This document shows, piece by piece, positions 1-9,100 of a stretch of 64,000 bases of DNA (its first letter is position 1; every line of letters begins with the position of its first letter). This DNA is from Verrucomicrobiales bacterium (GTDB taxonomy: Bacteria; Verrucomicrobiota; Verrucomicrobiia; Verrucomicrobiales; V1-33): positions 607 to 64,606 of the forward strand of contig JBBQWG010000036.1 in NCBI GenBank assembly GCA_038210825.1. Reading direction: 5' to 3'. Below the pieces are notes generated by a model. It was not told the DNA's origin. It searched no databases and saw only the letters and a program-made list of their open reading frames with translations. A program made the position numbers and the translations under genes.

Positions 1-10
1 TCCATTTCTA

Positions 11-99
11 GCACAACGTCTAGCTCATCCACGGCGGGAAGGGAAGCCTGAATTCAAAGAATGACGTCGCCCGTCGTTTGATGGAGCATCTTATTCGCC
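11..99 (-). mobile_element. Integron attC-like recombination site (89 bp)
   Basis: Minus strand: R'' GGCGAAT (overlaps the SUFU stop), L'' GCTCCATC / L' GATGAGC with one unpaired base, inner ACGACGGG/CCCGCCGT stem, R' GTTGTGC followed by TAGAA-ATG (next cassette start at 5-3, running off the window). Confidence 0.8.
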
Positions 100-759
100 A
101 CTCTTTCGATTGAGGTCGGTAATTAGGAAAGGATTCGTCCGTCTATGTTCGTCAAGAATCTCCAAAGCCGTTCTCTTTTTTGCGATCAGGTCATCGATTT
201 CGGATTGGGTGACGCCGAAACCTTGAACGAACTCTACGCGCCCATGCGGTGTCGCAATCGTAGGCAGATCGGGGTCTCCTGAGAAAACCAAACCTACGAT
301 GTCCGTGTCCGACTCTGATCTGATGGGGCCATTGGCGGGTATCCAGTGTCCATGTGCAAAAACCTTTTTGGAATCAAATACGTATCGCGCTAGATTCTCG
401 AGGAAGTTGCACACCCAATTGAATTCGTGCTCCGACGGAACAGGCTGGGGACAAGCCAATCGAAACGTCATCTCAAAGCCAAAACCGCTATAGTCCGCCC
501 CAGCGGACTCCTCATCGTAGTAGAGGGCACTATATCCGTAGGTCACGAAATGAAGGTGGTGAACGCCGCCATGAGCGCTTATATAGGCACTGATCCCGTC
601 CAAGGGGTCGGAACCACCTGAGGAATAGGGAATTGCGGTTCCCCAGTGCAGCGGGTTCTGATCCCCGTATACTGCGTCCAGCGCATTGTCTATTGCGTCC
701 CATCCCGGAGCCGCATTGTCCGTAGGTCCATAGCACGTCTTGTATTGCTCGATGGTCAT
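91..759 (-). CDS. Suppressor-of-fused (SUFU) domain protein, putative polymorphic-toxin immunity protein, carried as a gene cassette
   Basis: Motifs APGWDAID, GGSDPLDGIS, HLHFVTYGYS, SGFGFEMTFRL and TPHGRVEFVQ are typical of bacterial SUFU domains. Lower GC than the flanks. Confidence 0.88.
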   Translation of the reverse strand: MTIEQYKTCYGPTDNAAPGWDAIDNALDAVYGDQNPLHWGTAIPYSSGGSDPLDGISAYISAHGGVHHLHFVTYGYSALYYDEESAGADYSGFGFEMTFRLACPQPVPSEHEFNWVCNFLENLARYVFDSKKVFAHGHWIPANGPIRSESDTDIVGLVFSGDPDLPTIATPHGRVEFVQGFGVTQSEIDDLIAKKRTALEILDEHRRTNPFLITDLNRKSGE

Positions 760-765
760 TTCCTT

Positions 766-785
766 GGCGAACAGTTGATTATGCC
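766..785 (-). mobile_element. attI-like simple site / cassette 5' boundary
   Basis: Minus strand GGCATAAT-CAACT-GTTCGCC, 6 nt before the SUFU ATG. L-site / 5-bp spacer / GTT geometry as in attI1. GTTCGCC is complementary to the cassette's R'' (GGCGAAT) except at one base. Confidence 0.55.
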
Positions 786-884
786 ACCAGCGATGGGGGG
801 ATATCCATTTTGCAGGGTAGCATGTTTTGGGTGGGGGAAGGGTTCACAGTGGTTGAGCGGCATACCCGTAGCATAGACAGGGCG

Positions 885-913
885 AGCCTATCCATGCCCA
901 ACAGGATCTGCAA
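885..913 (-). promoter_or_regulatory. Putative sigma70 promoter reading into the cassette array (Pc-like)
   Basis: Minus strand TTGCAG-17 bp-TAGGCT, ~100 bp upstream of the attI-like site. Confidence 0.35.
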
Positions 914-917
914 GAAA

Positions 918-1238
918 TTATGGGGAAGGTTCGGAAATGTTAACGGGGAGGGCGGGGGATGAGGATGGCGTGGTTTCAGCACTGGGTTGGGCGGGCGCGT
1001 CATTGGACCGCAGTTCCGCTTCCAATCTCCTGACGTCCCGCAAGCCTTTGAAGCCAAACCAAACAAAGGCCAGTCCTAGGAGCCCAGAGAAAATGTTGAA
1101 CATGAAAAGCTCCTCAGGATCGTTCACGATATCATAGGCACACCAAGCCAAAAATATGACTCCGAACACCATGTTGAAGTTTGCGCCGTCTTTTTCTTTT
1201 TTGAGAATGTAAAGATCAACCTTGGGAATTTCTTTCAT
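918..1238 (-). CDS. Small hypothetical membrane protein (2 TM helices)
   Basis: 106-aa ORF with two hydrophobic segments and a P/S-rich tail. Confidence 0.65.
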   Translation of the reverse strand: MKEIPKVDLYILKKEKDGANFNMVFGVIFLAWCAYDIVNDPEELFMFNIFSGLLGLAFVWFGFKGLRDVRRLEAELRSNDAPAQPSAETTPSSSPALPVNISEPSP

Positions 1239-1382
1239 GGCGCTGCGCGAGGGTGAAGGTGTGGTTGGCGAGTGGCAGCTCCGCGTGGGCGGGCCAAGGT
1301 GAAATGGTGCAGACAGACCGCACTTTGTCTAGTGGCAATGGTGCGGGCTCCTGATCCTGGAAGCCCAGCAAGATGAAATTCA

Positions 1383-1830
1383 ACATTCATGACCGCCTCG
1401 CGACGTGAACCCGCCACTACCGAAGGGATAGCACTGGAGCAGTTTTTGAAGGATGCCGCTGCTTCCGCCGAGTTGCAGGAGGGCGAGGATCTGATCCAGC
1501 CAGCGGTGGCCCTGCTCAAGGAGGGCGGCATTGGATCAGACGCGGTAGGCGACAGGAGCCACGGGCTGGAGGTCGATGGTGCGTTCCTGCCGGTTGGCCC
1601 GGGTAAGGTTCCAGCCGGCCTGGATGACATCGGTGAGGGAGGGGAGGCGCTGGGTTTCAGCTGGGTCCGGGGAAGGGGACGCGGGAGTGGGCTCGCCGTC
1701 GACGGTGGTATTGTGGGTGGGGATGCCATCTGTGGTAATGTAGAGCCGTGAAGGATGGCTGACGGCGATGCAGATGCAGTCCGCAGGCGGGGCGGAGGTG
1801 ATGGAGAGGAGGAGATGAGAGGGAGCCAGC
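1383..1830 (-). pseudogene. Gene remnant with an intein C-terminal splicing motif followed by C-extein sequence
   Basis: Frame of ORF 1536..1967 reads SITSAPPADCICIAVSHPSRLYITTDGIPTHN/T (intein blocks F/G, His-Asn then +1 Thr at 1715-1707). In-frame TGA at 1536-1538 with protein-like sequence continuing beyond it. No good start codon. Confidence 0.55.
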
Positions 1831-1887
1831 GCATTTATGGTGAAGTAGTTATGTGGACTCGAAAATCCATGGCAATTCCGGAGGGTG
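1826..1887 (+). repeat. Degenerate direct repeat, copy A (~60 bp)
   Basis: CCAGCGCATTTAT..AAGTAG..GTGGA..AAATCCAT.GCAATTCCGG.GGGTG shared with 3436-3494. Confidence 0.75.
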
Positions 1888-1969
1888 GCGCAGCACTCAG
1901 TCCCGGCATCCCGCCCACCTTCGGCCGAAGAACCAGCCATCGGCCCGGCACCGCCTGCCCACCCCAAGG

Positions 1970-2683
1970 CTAGTCTCTGGGATCAAGGGGCGGATACCAC
2001 AGTTCAGGCGGCCAAGGGAGGTCCTGCAGAGCCTTGACCATTCCGGTGATGCTGTCAAAAGGCGTGACCCTAAGATTCGACCATTTTTCGCCGTAGGCGA
2101 TTTCCACAAACCGCCTTGAGCAATACATGTGCCCACAACAGGCAAACTCATCCTCATGGAATTTGATTACGTCTGAGCCGTCCCATTTTTCGTAAAAAGG
2201 AATTCTCCGGTATTTAAACTTTTCGCTCCCGGCGCGCAGTCTTGCCTCTTTGAGGCTATCCACGTCGAACCAGGGGGAATTGGAACCTTCTGTCTCCCGG
2301 TAAACTTTTACGGAGTAAGGGAGGGTTTTGCCGGTAGGGATGATCCAGTAATAATTGCAGGGTGGGGCCAGAACAGTGCTTTTTTTTTCGTGCTCCAACG
2401 TCACCGGGATAAATTGAACTCCCTTCAGGTTCCCGGCGACAACCGTATCCACTACGCGTTGAGAACATAAGACTGGAGCATGAGATGTAATTGGGGAGAG
2501 GAAATCCGTCCACCCCCTTCCCTTGGTTCTCATTTTCACGCGGATGGGAGTAGGAAATAGATGGGCGTTTTCCGGTCTGATGATCCTTTCTGTATTAAAA
2601 GCCTCCTCCACGCGTGGAGCTGAAAGGATTGCATTGGGCACAAAAGAAAAAAACTGAATCACGGATGGCGCGGATGTGGTCAT
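1970..2683 (-). CDS. Imm11/DUF1629-like immunity protein
   Basis: Duplicated (L/Y)CSxR(V/F)V motif, GVQFIPVTL, NYYWII and WDGSDVI are characteristic of Imm11-type proteins. AT-richer than the core genome. Confidence 0.6.
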   Translation of the reverse strand: MTTSAPSVIQFFSFVPNAILSAPRVEEAFNTERIIRPENAHLFPTPIRVKMRTKGRGWTDFLSPITSHAPVLCSQRVVDTVVAGNLKGVQFIPVTLEHEKKSTVLAPPCNYYWIIPTGKTLPYSVKVYRETEGSNSPWFDVDSLKEARLRAGSEKFKYRRIPFYEKWDGSDVIKFHEDEFACCGHMYCSRRFVEIAYGEKWSNLRVTPFDSITGMVKALQDLPWPPELWYPPLDPRD

Positions 2684-2840
2684 GGAATGGAAAAAGTTTG
2701 GATATTTTGAGGGGTAAATGCGAGCTTTAACTCATTTTGTAGAGTCCTTATCGCTTCCGCCATTGCTGGGGAAGGCAGCGTATTTGCCGCTAGAGTATCC
2801 ATGTGGCGACGCAAATCCATTGACAAATCCAAAGGAGACC
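2680..2840 (-). pseudogene. C-terminal gene fragment translationally coupled to the Imm11-like gene (possible toxin tip)
   Basis: Helical fragment ...MDLRRHMDTLAANTLPSPAMAEAIRTLQNELKLAFTPQNIQTFSIP* whose TGA overlaps the Imm11-like ATG (ATGA). The 5' part is replaced by a GC-rich palindromic repeat. Confidence 0.4.
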
Positions 2841-2845
2841 GGCAC

Positions 2846-2939
2846 TTTGGGGCTGGACTCCACCGGCAGGCAGCACCCCGGCGGCAAACGGCAGCAAGCT
2901 GCCTGCGCGAAAGCGGCGGCAAGCCGCGCGCACTCCAAG
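2846..2939. repeat. REP-like palindromic element
   Basis: Inverted repeat GCAGGCAGC (2866-2874) / GCTGCCTGC (2898-2906), plus the hairpin AAAGCGGCGGCAAGCCGCGCGCACTCCAA. Abrupt GC shift relative to the neighbouring ORF. Confidence 0.5.
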
Positions 2940-3031
2940 TTTCCTCCACCGGACATGCCTAAACGGTCACCGCTGAACGGATCGAAACGCCGAACTTGTC
3001 AAGGAACGGCCAGGTTGGTTAAATCACTGTT

Positions 3032-3361
3032 GTGCCTATCCGCCACGTCGTGCCTATCCGCCAAGTCGCCGATCCTCCCCCTTCAAGGTTGATCTTGGTT
3101 GCGTATTGGACGTGTTTGGTCTGTCTTTTGCTGGTCTTTGCGTGTCACTTGGTGGTGGATTTCGGGGGCCATTGGCGGAAAACGGGGCTGAGTCCGAGGG
3201 AGGTGCGGGCGGCACTTGAAAGCACTTACCTATCAACGTTGGGGGGATTCGCTCTGATGTCGTTCCTGATTTCCTTCCGAAGTCCCCGGCATGCTAAATG
3301 GGGGGGCATCCTGACCTTGTTGGTGATGATCATCGCCGCCGGATCTTTAGGGAGTTACTGA
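3032..3361 (+). CDS. Hypothetical membrane protein (3 TM)
   Basis: 109-aa ORF with three hydrophobic segments. Start uncertain because of an 18-bp tandem duplication at 3032-3067. Confidence 0.5.
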   Translation: MPIRHVVPIRQVADPPPSRLILVAYWTCLVCLLLVFACHLVVDFGGHWRKTGLSPREVRAALESTYLSTLGGFALMSFLISFRSPRHAKWGGILTLLVMIIAAGSLGSY

Positions 3362-3435
3362 ATGGACTAAGCGCTGTCTTCGTGCTTCAACTCATTTTGC
3401 TGAACTCTTTCTTCTACGGCAACTGCCCAGAGGAA

Positions 3436-3494
3436 CCAGCGCATTTATAAGTAGCCCAGTGGATACTTAAATCCATTAGCAATTCCGGCGGGTG
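3436..3494 (+). repeat. Degenerate direct repeat, copy B
   Basis: Aligns with 1826-1887 with a 4-nt deletion and scattered substitutions. Confidence 0.75.
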
Positions 3495-3728
3495 CCTGCG
3501 ATTTCCCCCCTGACTGAACAGCGCCTCCAGTCAGCGCAGAGTGAACATGGGTCTGCTACTTGGGCCCGGTGCCTGGCACTGCCAACCAGGAGAGGCGCAA
3601 AGGGACAGCCGTCCGCCGGGCAGCAGGGATGAATCCGCCGCAGGCCGGGCCCGGAGGCAAATGCCCCCCGGGTGGCGCGGAAAAAAAAGGTTGGAAAAGC
3701 TTGATGGGGAAGGGCGGTTTGCGACGTC

Positions 3729-5189
3729 ATGGGCATCATGTCACTCCACTATGTTTCTTTCCTGCAGGGTCTGCGCCGCCTCGCCCTGGGCTGCCTTTTG
3801 GGCACCGCATGGGCATCGGCCCCCGGAGTTGAGCCTTTCCGTTTGGAAGTGGTGGAGGAAGGATCGGGTTGGCCGGTGCCCCTTGTCGAGTTCCGCACCA
3901 CCCACGGCGTCCGTTTCATCACGGACAATGCCGGAGTGGCGGCCTTCGACCTGCCGGAGCTGATGGGAACGGAGACCTGGCTTACCGTCCTGGGCAATGG
4001 TTATGGGGTCAAACCGGATGGATTTGGTTATGAAGGAGTCCGGGTGAAACCTCAGCCTGGGGGAAGCCAAAAAATTACGGTGAGCCGGCGCATTGTCGCC
4101 AAGCGCATCGGCCGTCTCACGGGGGGTGGACGATTTGCGGAAAGCCAACAAACCGGCACCGCCGCGCCGGAGCCGGAATCCGGCATCGTCGGCTGCGACA
4201 GTGTCCAGAATGCCGTCTACCGCGGCCGGCTTTTCTGGGCATGGGGCGATACCACGGTGGCTGGCTATCCCCTTGGGATCTTTGACATGACGGGTGCCAC
4301 CACGCCCATCCAGCCGCTGGCCTCCTTTGAACCGCCCCTCCGCCTGACCTTCGACTGGTTCCGCGATCCCGCCGGCAAGGTGCGCGGCATCGCCAAGATG
4401 CCCGGGACCGGGCCCACCTGGGTTTCCGGGGTCGCCGTCCTGCCGGACCGCACCGGCCGGGAGCGGTTGGTCGGCACCTACATCAAGGTGCGCGGTTATC
4501 TCGAAGCCTATGAATGCGGGGTCTGTGTCTGGGACGATGCTTCCGCCCAGTTCCTCAAAGAACGGCTGGTCTGGACCAAAGGGCCGGACGCACCGAAACA
4601 ACCACCCGTGCCGGACGGCCACCCGGCGCCCTACACCGATGCCGCCGGGCGCGACTGGATGCTTTTTGGCAATCCCTTCCCTAACTTCCGCTGCCCCGCG
4701 ACGTTTGAGGGCTGGCAGGATCCTGCCCAGTGGGAAACTCTCACCCCGCAGCCGCATGTGCTCGCCGCCGGCAGCGGGGACAAGGTCAAACCGCATACTG
4801 GTTCCATCGCATGGAATGCCTTCCGGAAGCGATGGGTCACGGTCTTTATGGAATCCGGAGGCAAACCCTCGGGCCATGGGGAACTCTGGTATGCGGAAGC
4901 TCCGGAACCCACCGGCCCCTGGGGGCCGGCGGTCAAGGTTCTCAGCCATGCCAATTACACGTTTTACAATCCCCGGCTCCATCCGGAGTTTACTCCCGCA
5001 GACTCGCCGGTCCTCTTTTTCGAAGGCACCTACACCAGCGAGTTTGCCGACCGCCCGGAAGTGACCCCACGGTGGAATTACAATCAGATCCTCTACCGCC
5101 TCGATCTGGATGACCCGGCCCTCCAGCCCGCCGCAGCACCTTCCCCCGCACCGGCCGATTCCGCCCCTCCACCGAAACCGGGGAACTGA
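3729..5189 (+). CDS. Secreted hypothetical protein, possible beta-propeller / glycoside-hydrolase-like fold
   Basis: Signal-peptide-like N-terminus, LFWAWGDT and YTFYNPRLHP motifs, genome-typical codon usage. Start may be 3738. Confidence 0.75.
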   Translation: MGIMSLHYVSFLQGLRRLALGCLLGTAWASAPGVEPFRLEVVEEGSGWPVPLVEFRTTHGVRFITDNAGVAAFDLPELMGTETWLTVLGNGYGVKPDGFGYEGVRVKPQPGGSQKITVSRRIVAKRIGRLTGGGRFAESQQTGTAAPEPESGIVGCDSVQNAVYRGRLFWAWGDTTVAGYPLGIFDMTGATTPIQPLASFEPPLRLTFDWFRDPAGKVRGIAKMPGTGPTWVSGVAVLPDRTGRERLVGTYIKVRGYLEAYECGVCVWDDASAQFLKERLVWTKGPDAPKQPPVPDGHPAPYTDAAGRDWMLFGNPFPNFRCPATFEGWQDPAQWETLTPQPHVLAAGSGDKVKPHTGSIAWNAFRKRWVTVFMESGGKPSGHGELWYAEAPEPTGPWGPAVKVLSHANYTFYNPRLHPEFTPADSPVLFFEGTYTSEFADRPEVTPRWNYNQILYRLDLDDPALQPAAAPSPAPADSAPPPKPGN

Positions 5190-5556
5190 CTGGAAGTCCG
5201 TTTACCATATCAAGGACGCAACCGGGCCATAGCAGGAGCGCCGTGGTGACAGTGGCATACTAAACGCGGATGATACTGATAATCAAGGATATAGCAAAAT
5301 AACGAGATCTCTTCTGCAGGTGCATGCCGGATTCAGCAAAAATCCGTGTTCATCAATTGTGTCCGTGACATTTGCCTCCGGCTGTCTCCACTGCGCTCCG
5401 GCTGTGGCCCGTCATTATCTCAAGCAGATCTACTCCCTCATATCGGGCATGCCGCCGCCAAAGCCCGATTGCGCCTTGCAGCCTGCCCTCCCTGCATGGA
5501 AGTAGCGGGGAACTTTCCGTCTTTCCTTCCCCTAACCTCCCCCTCCCCCGAATGTT

Positions 5557-5868
5557 ATGAATATTGCCAAGATGATGAAGCAAGCCCAGGAAATGCAGGG
5601 CAACATGGCCAAGGTCCAGGCCGAATTGGCGGCCCGCACCGTGGATGCCAGTGTGGCCGGCAAAATCAGCGTCACCGCCAACGGGGCCGGGGATGTGCTT
5701 TCCATCCGCATCGACCCTTCGGTGGTGAATGCCGATGATGTGGAGATGCTCGAAGACCTCGTGCTCACCGCGGTGCGTCAGGCCATCGGCAAAGGGCGCG
5801 ACATGGCCGCAGAAGAAATGAAAAAGGTCACCGCCGGCATGGGACTCCCTCCTGGACTCGGCTTCTAA
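5557..5868 (+). CDS. ybaB: YbaB/EbfC nucleoid-associated protein
   Basis: MNIAKMMKQAQEMQ...DDVEMLEDLVLTAVRQA...GMGLPPGL. Confidence 0.95.
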   Translation: MNIAKMMKQAQEMQGNMAKVQAELAARTVDASVAGKISVTANGAGDVLSIRIDPSVVNADDVEMLEDLVLTAVRQAIGKGRDMAAEEMKKVTAGMGLPPGLGF

Positions 5869-6175
5869 GCCACCAGACCCTGCATCCAAGGTTTTTGGTC
5901 GACCCGTTCCCGGTCCTAATGTCAGGGCAGGGACGCGGTCCGGTTGCCCGTCGCACGCCTTCGTTTTCGCATGTTTGCGGAATGGAGCCTGCGGCTGCCG
6001 CCAGACCTGCTGTTGGCCGCAATTCCATGCGGCCGGGAGGACGGGGGAGGAATCCCAGGCAGAAAAGAGTGACAATTTCGGATCTTAACCAAAGGCTAAT
6101 ATCAATCCGCCTAAAACAGGGCCGGATTTGTTTTTGCAGACAGATTCTGAACCCCCCATTCCCCTCCACCAAAAC

Positions 6176-9100
6176 ATGAGAACTACCCGCTTACCTGCGG
6201 TGTTGAAGGGATCGCTTTGCGGTCTCCTCGCCATCCCCGCGTGTCTGACTGCAGGCACTTACACCAATGACTTCTCGGCCGGCCCAGCAGGCCTGACGAT
6301 TTATACCATCGCCGGAGCCCCGCCCGAGGTGCGCCCCACGGACGGCAATCCGGGTGGCTATCTGAAGCTGACCGATGCGGTGGGCAGCACCACTTCCACG
6401 GTGATCTTTCCGGATCTGGATGCCGGTTATCCGGTGCAGTCCTTTATCTTTGAAGTGGATTGCCGGATCGGCAATGGGACCGCAAATCCGGCGGACGGCT
6501 TCAGCATCAACTTCGCCCGCAATGGGGATGCCACCCTTGATGACGGGATCGGATTCAACGGGGGAGCCGCCGAAGAGGGCACCCCTACCGGATTGTCGGT
6601 TGGTTTCGACACCTACGACAATGGCAATGGCGATGTGGTAGGATTCAGCATCAAGCGGGATGGCACGGTGCTGCTGGAAGTGCCTGCTCCGGTGCGCAAT
6701 GGCGCTATAGATGATCCGCTATCCCTGCAGACCGGCCCCATTGGCAGTGCTGGTTGGGCCCGGCTCCGGGTGGAACTGAAAAACGATGGCACTCTGGATG
6801 TGACCTGGAAGGGCACCAAAGTGGTGGACAATCTGGCCACCAACTGGGTGCCCAGCGGCGGCCGCATGGTCTTCGCGGCCCGCACCGGCGGGGAATGGGA
6901 GGCGCACCACTTTGACAATGTGTCCCTCACCACCACGCCCGCCCCGCTGGCGGCGGTGACGTCGGCAGTGGCCAGCTCCACTGGTTTCACCTTCCGCATT
7001 ACCGACTTTGGAGCCACCAGCGTGGTGACTCCGGCGACTTTCAATTTCCTGACCATTGAGGGGGCCACTGTCACGCCCACCAGCGTGACCAAAAGCGGCA
7101 ACGTGACCACCGTGACCTATGTTCCGCCGACTCCCCTCGGCAACCAGATCACTTCGACTTACAGTCTGGAATTCCGGGATCAGAACAATGTTGCCCTGTC
7201 GTCAAATGGCAGCGTGACCACCCCGGTTTTGCCGGAGGCGGACCTGCTGGCAACCGCACCCGTGCTGGATGTGTGGAACGTGCGCGAAGTCAAGGATGGC
7301 CCGATCAATCCATTTAACATCGGACGGGCTGCCTCCATGTTCAGTTCCGCCACGAATATTGTGGACGCCACCTCGCCGTATATGAACTTCTTCGACCCCA
7401 ATACCAACGGGGGCGGGGGTGGGCTGTTCCGGTTTGACCGGAATTTCCTGACCAATACGGATGCCGACGACAACGACATTATCCAAGGGGCCAATGTCCT
7501 GGTCAATATCACGGGCACGACTCCGGCGGAGTTGCAGCGGTCCTTTTGGGTGCAGAGCGATGATGGTTTCGCCCTGCGGATCAAAGGCGCTCAATTCATC
7601 AACAAAAGTGGCGGCGGGCTGATCGATCCGGCCGACTCCCGGACCCTTGTTTTCCCCGGGGGCACCGGCAATAGCAATACGCGCGGATTGGCCCAGTTCC
7701 CGGCGGCCGGGCAGTATGTGGTCGAATTTCTCTATTTTGAAGGCGGTGGCGGGGCCTACAATGAAGTGGCATGGGCGACGGGGGACTTCATCAATAACAC
7801 CAACGGCACCGCATGGACGCTGGTGGGCGGAGGCGGGGAAAACCCCGTGCTGCCTACCCCGCTGCCGGCGACTCCAACGGGCGCTCCGGTCAACCAGTGG
7901 AACGTGCGGGAAATTCGTGCGCCTTATGGCAATAACCTGGCGGGAGCCATTACGACGGCTTCGGGTGATCTGACCGGCCTCAATGTGGTGGACGGCACGG
8001 CCCCGGTCATCAACTTCAATGACCTCGACGGAGTGAGGGGCAACTTCCTCGGTTTGTTCCGCAACGACCTGCCGTTCATTGGCAATATCCCGGGTGATGA
8101 CAACGAATTCATCTCGGTGAGCCGGGCCAGCATCACCGTTCCAGCGGCAGGGTTATATACCTTTGGAATCCTGGCAGATGACGGCTGGGCGCTGACCGTG
8201 CCCGGGGCATGGTTTACCGGCACCAACGGAACCGGAGCCCTCGATCCAAGGAACAGTGCTGTCCTTTATGCCCCCGGCTTCAGCGACACCCCCACTCTGG
8301 CGGTGCTCAATGTGCCGGCGGCGGGGACCTACGATGTCTTCTATATTGCCCAGGAAGGTGCCGGCGGAGCAGCGTGGGAACTCTTCTACGCTCCTGGCAG
8401 CTTCGGCTCCGTGGGAGCGACCAGCGCGTGGCAGTTGCTGGGGTCTCCCGCGAATGCACCGGCTCCGGTGCCATTGCTCCCTGACACGCTCCCCGGCCCG
8501 GCCGGTGGTGAGGGCACGTGGGGACTCCGCTTTGTGCGCGGGGTGGATGGCCAGGGCAATAACATCTACAATGCCGTGAATTCCGCTGTCGCAGGAGGCG
8601 GCAACATCACTGATACCACCGCTCCCTATCTGAACTTCGCCGATCTTGACGGCGGTCAGGGGGACTTGGGTCTCTTCAATGCCAACAATGCTACCGCGGC
8701 CTACCAGGTGGCGGACTTCGAATACGACGGCAGCGTGGGAGCCGATGACCAGATCATCGCCATCGCCAAAGCGACCATCGTCATCCCGGCCGGACAAGGC
8801 GGGGAGTGGACCTTTGGAGTTCGTTCCGATGATGGCTTTGCCATGCGGATCAATGGAGCCGTCTTTCAGAGGGTTTCCGGCGGATCGTTCATTGATCCGG
8901 CGTTGCGGGATACCGTGTATTTCCGGTTCGGCACCGGCAACTCGGATGCCCGCGCCGTGGTTAACCTCACTGAAGGAACCCACCAGGTGGATTTCCTTTG
9001 GTTTGAAGGTGGTGGCGGTTCCTACTTCGAGCTGTATGCCGCACAGGGGGCTTTCAACAATGATGGCGACACTCCCAACTGGCGTCTCGTGGGCGGGCCC

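Noticed and set aside
1389-1751. Plus-strand 120-aa ORF
   Set aside because: Reads like an antisense shadow; the opposite strand carries the recognisable intein motif.
1826-1856. Possible Xer dif site (GCGCATTTAT...TTATGT)
   Set aside because: Arm spacing and the XerD arm do not fit the 11-6-11 dif layout.
5557-5868. ybaB without neighbouring dnaX or recR
   Set aside because: Loss of this synteny is common and not informative alone.
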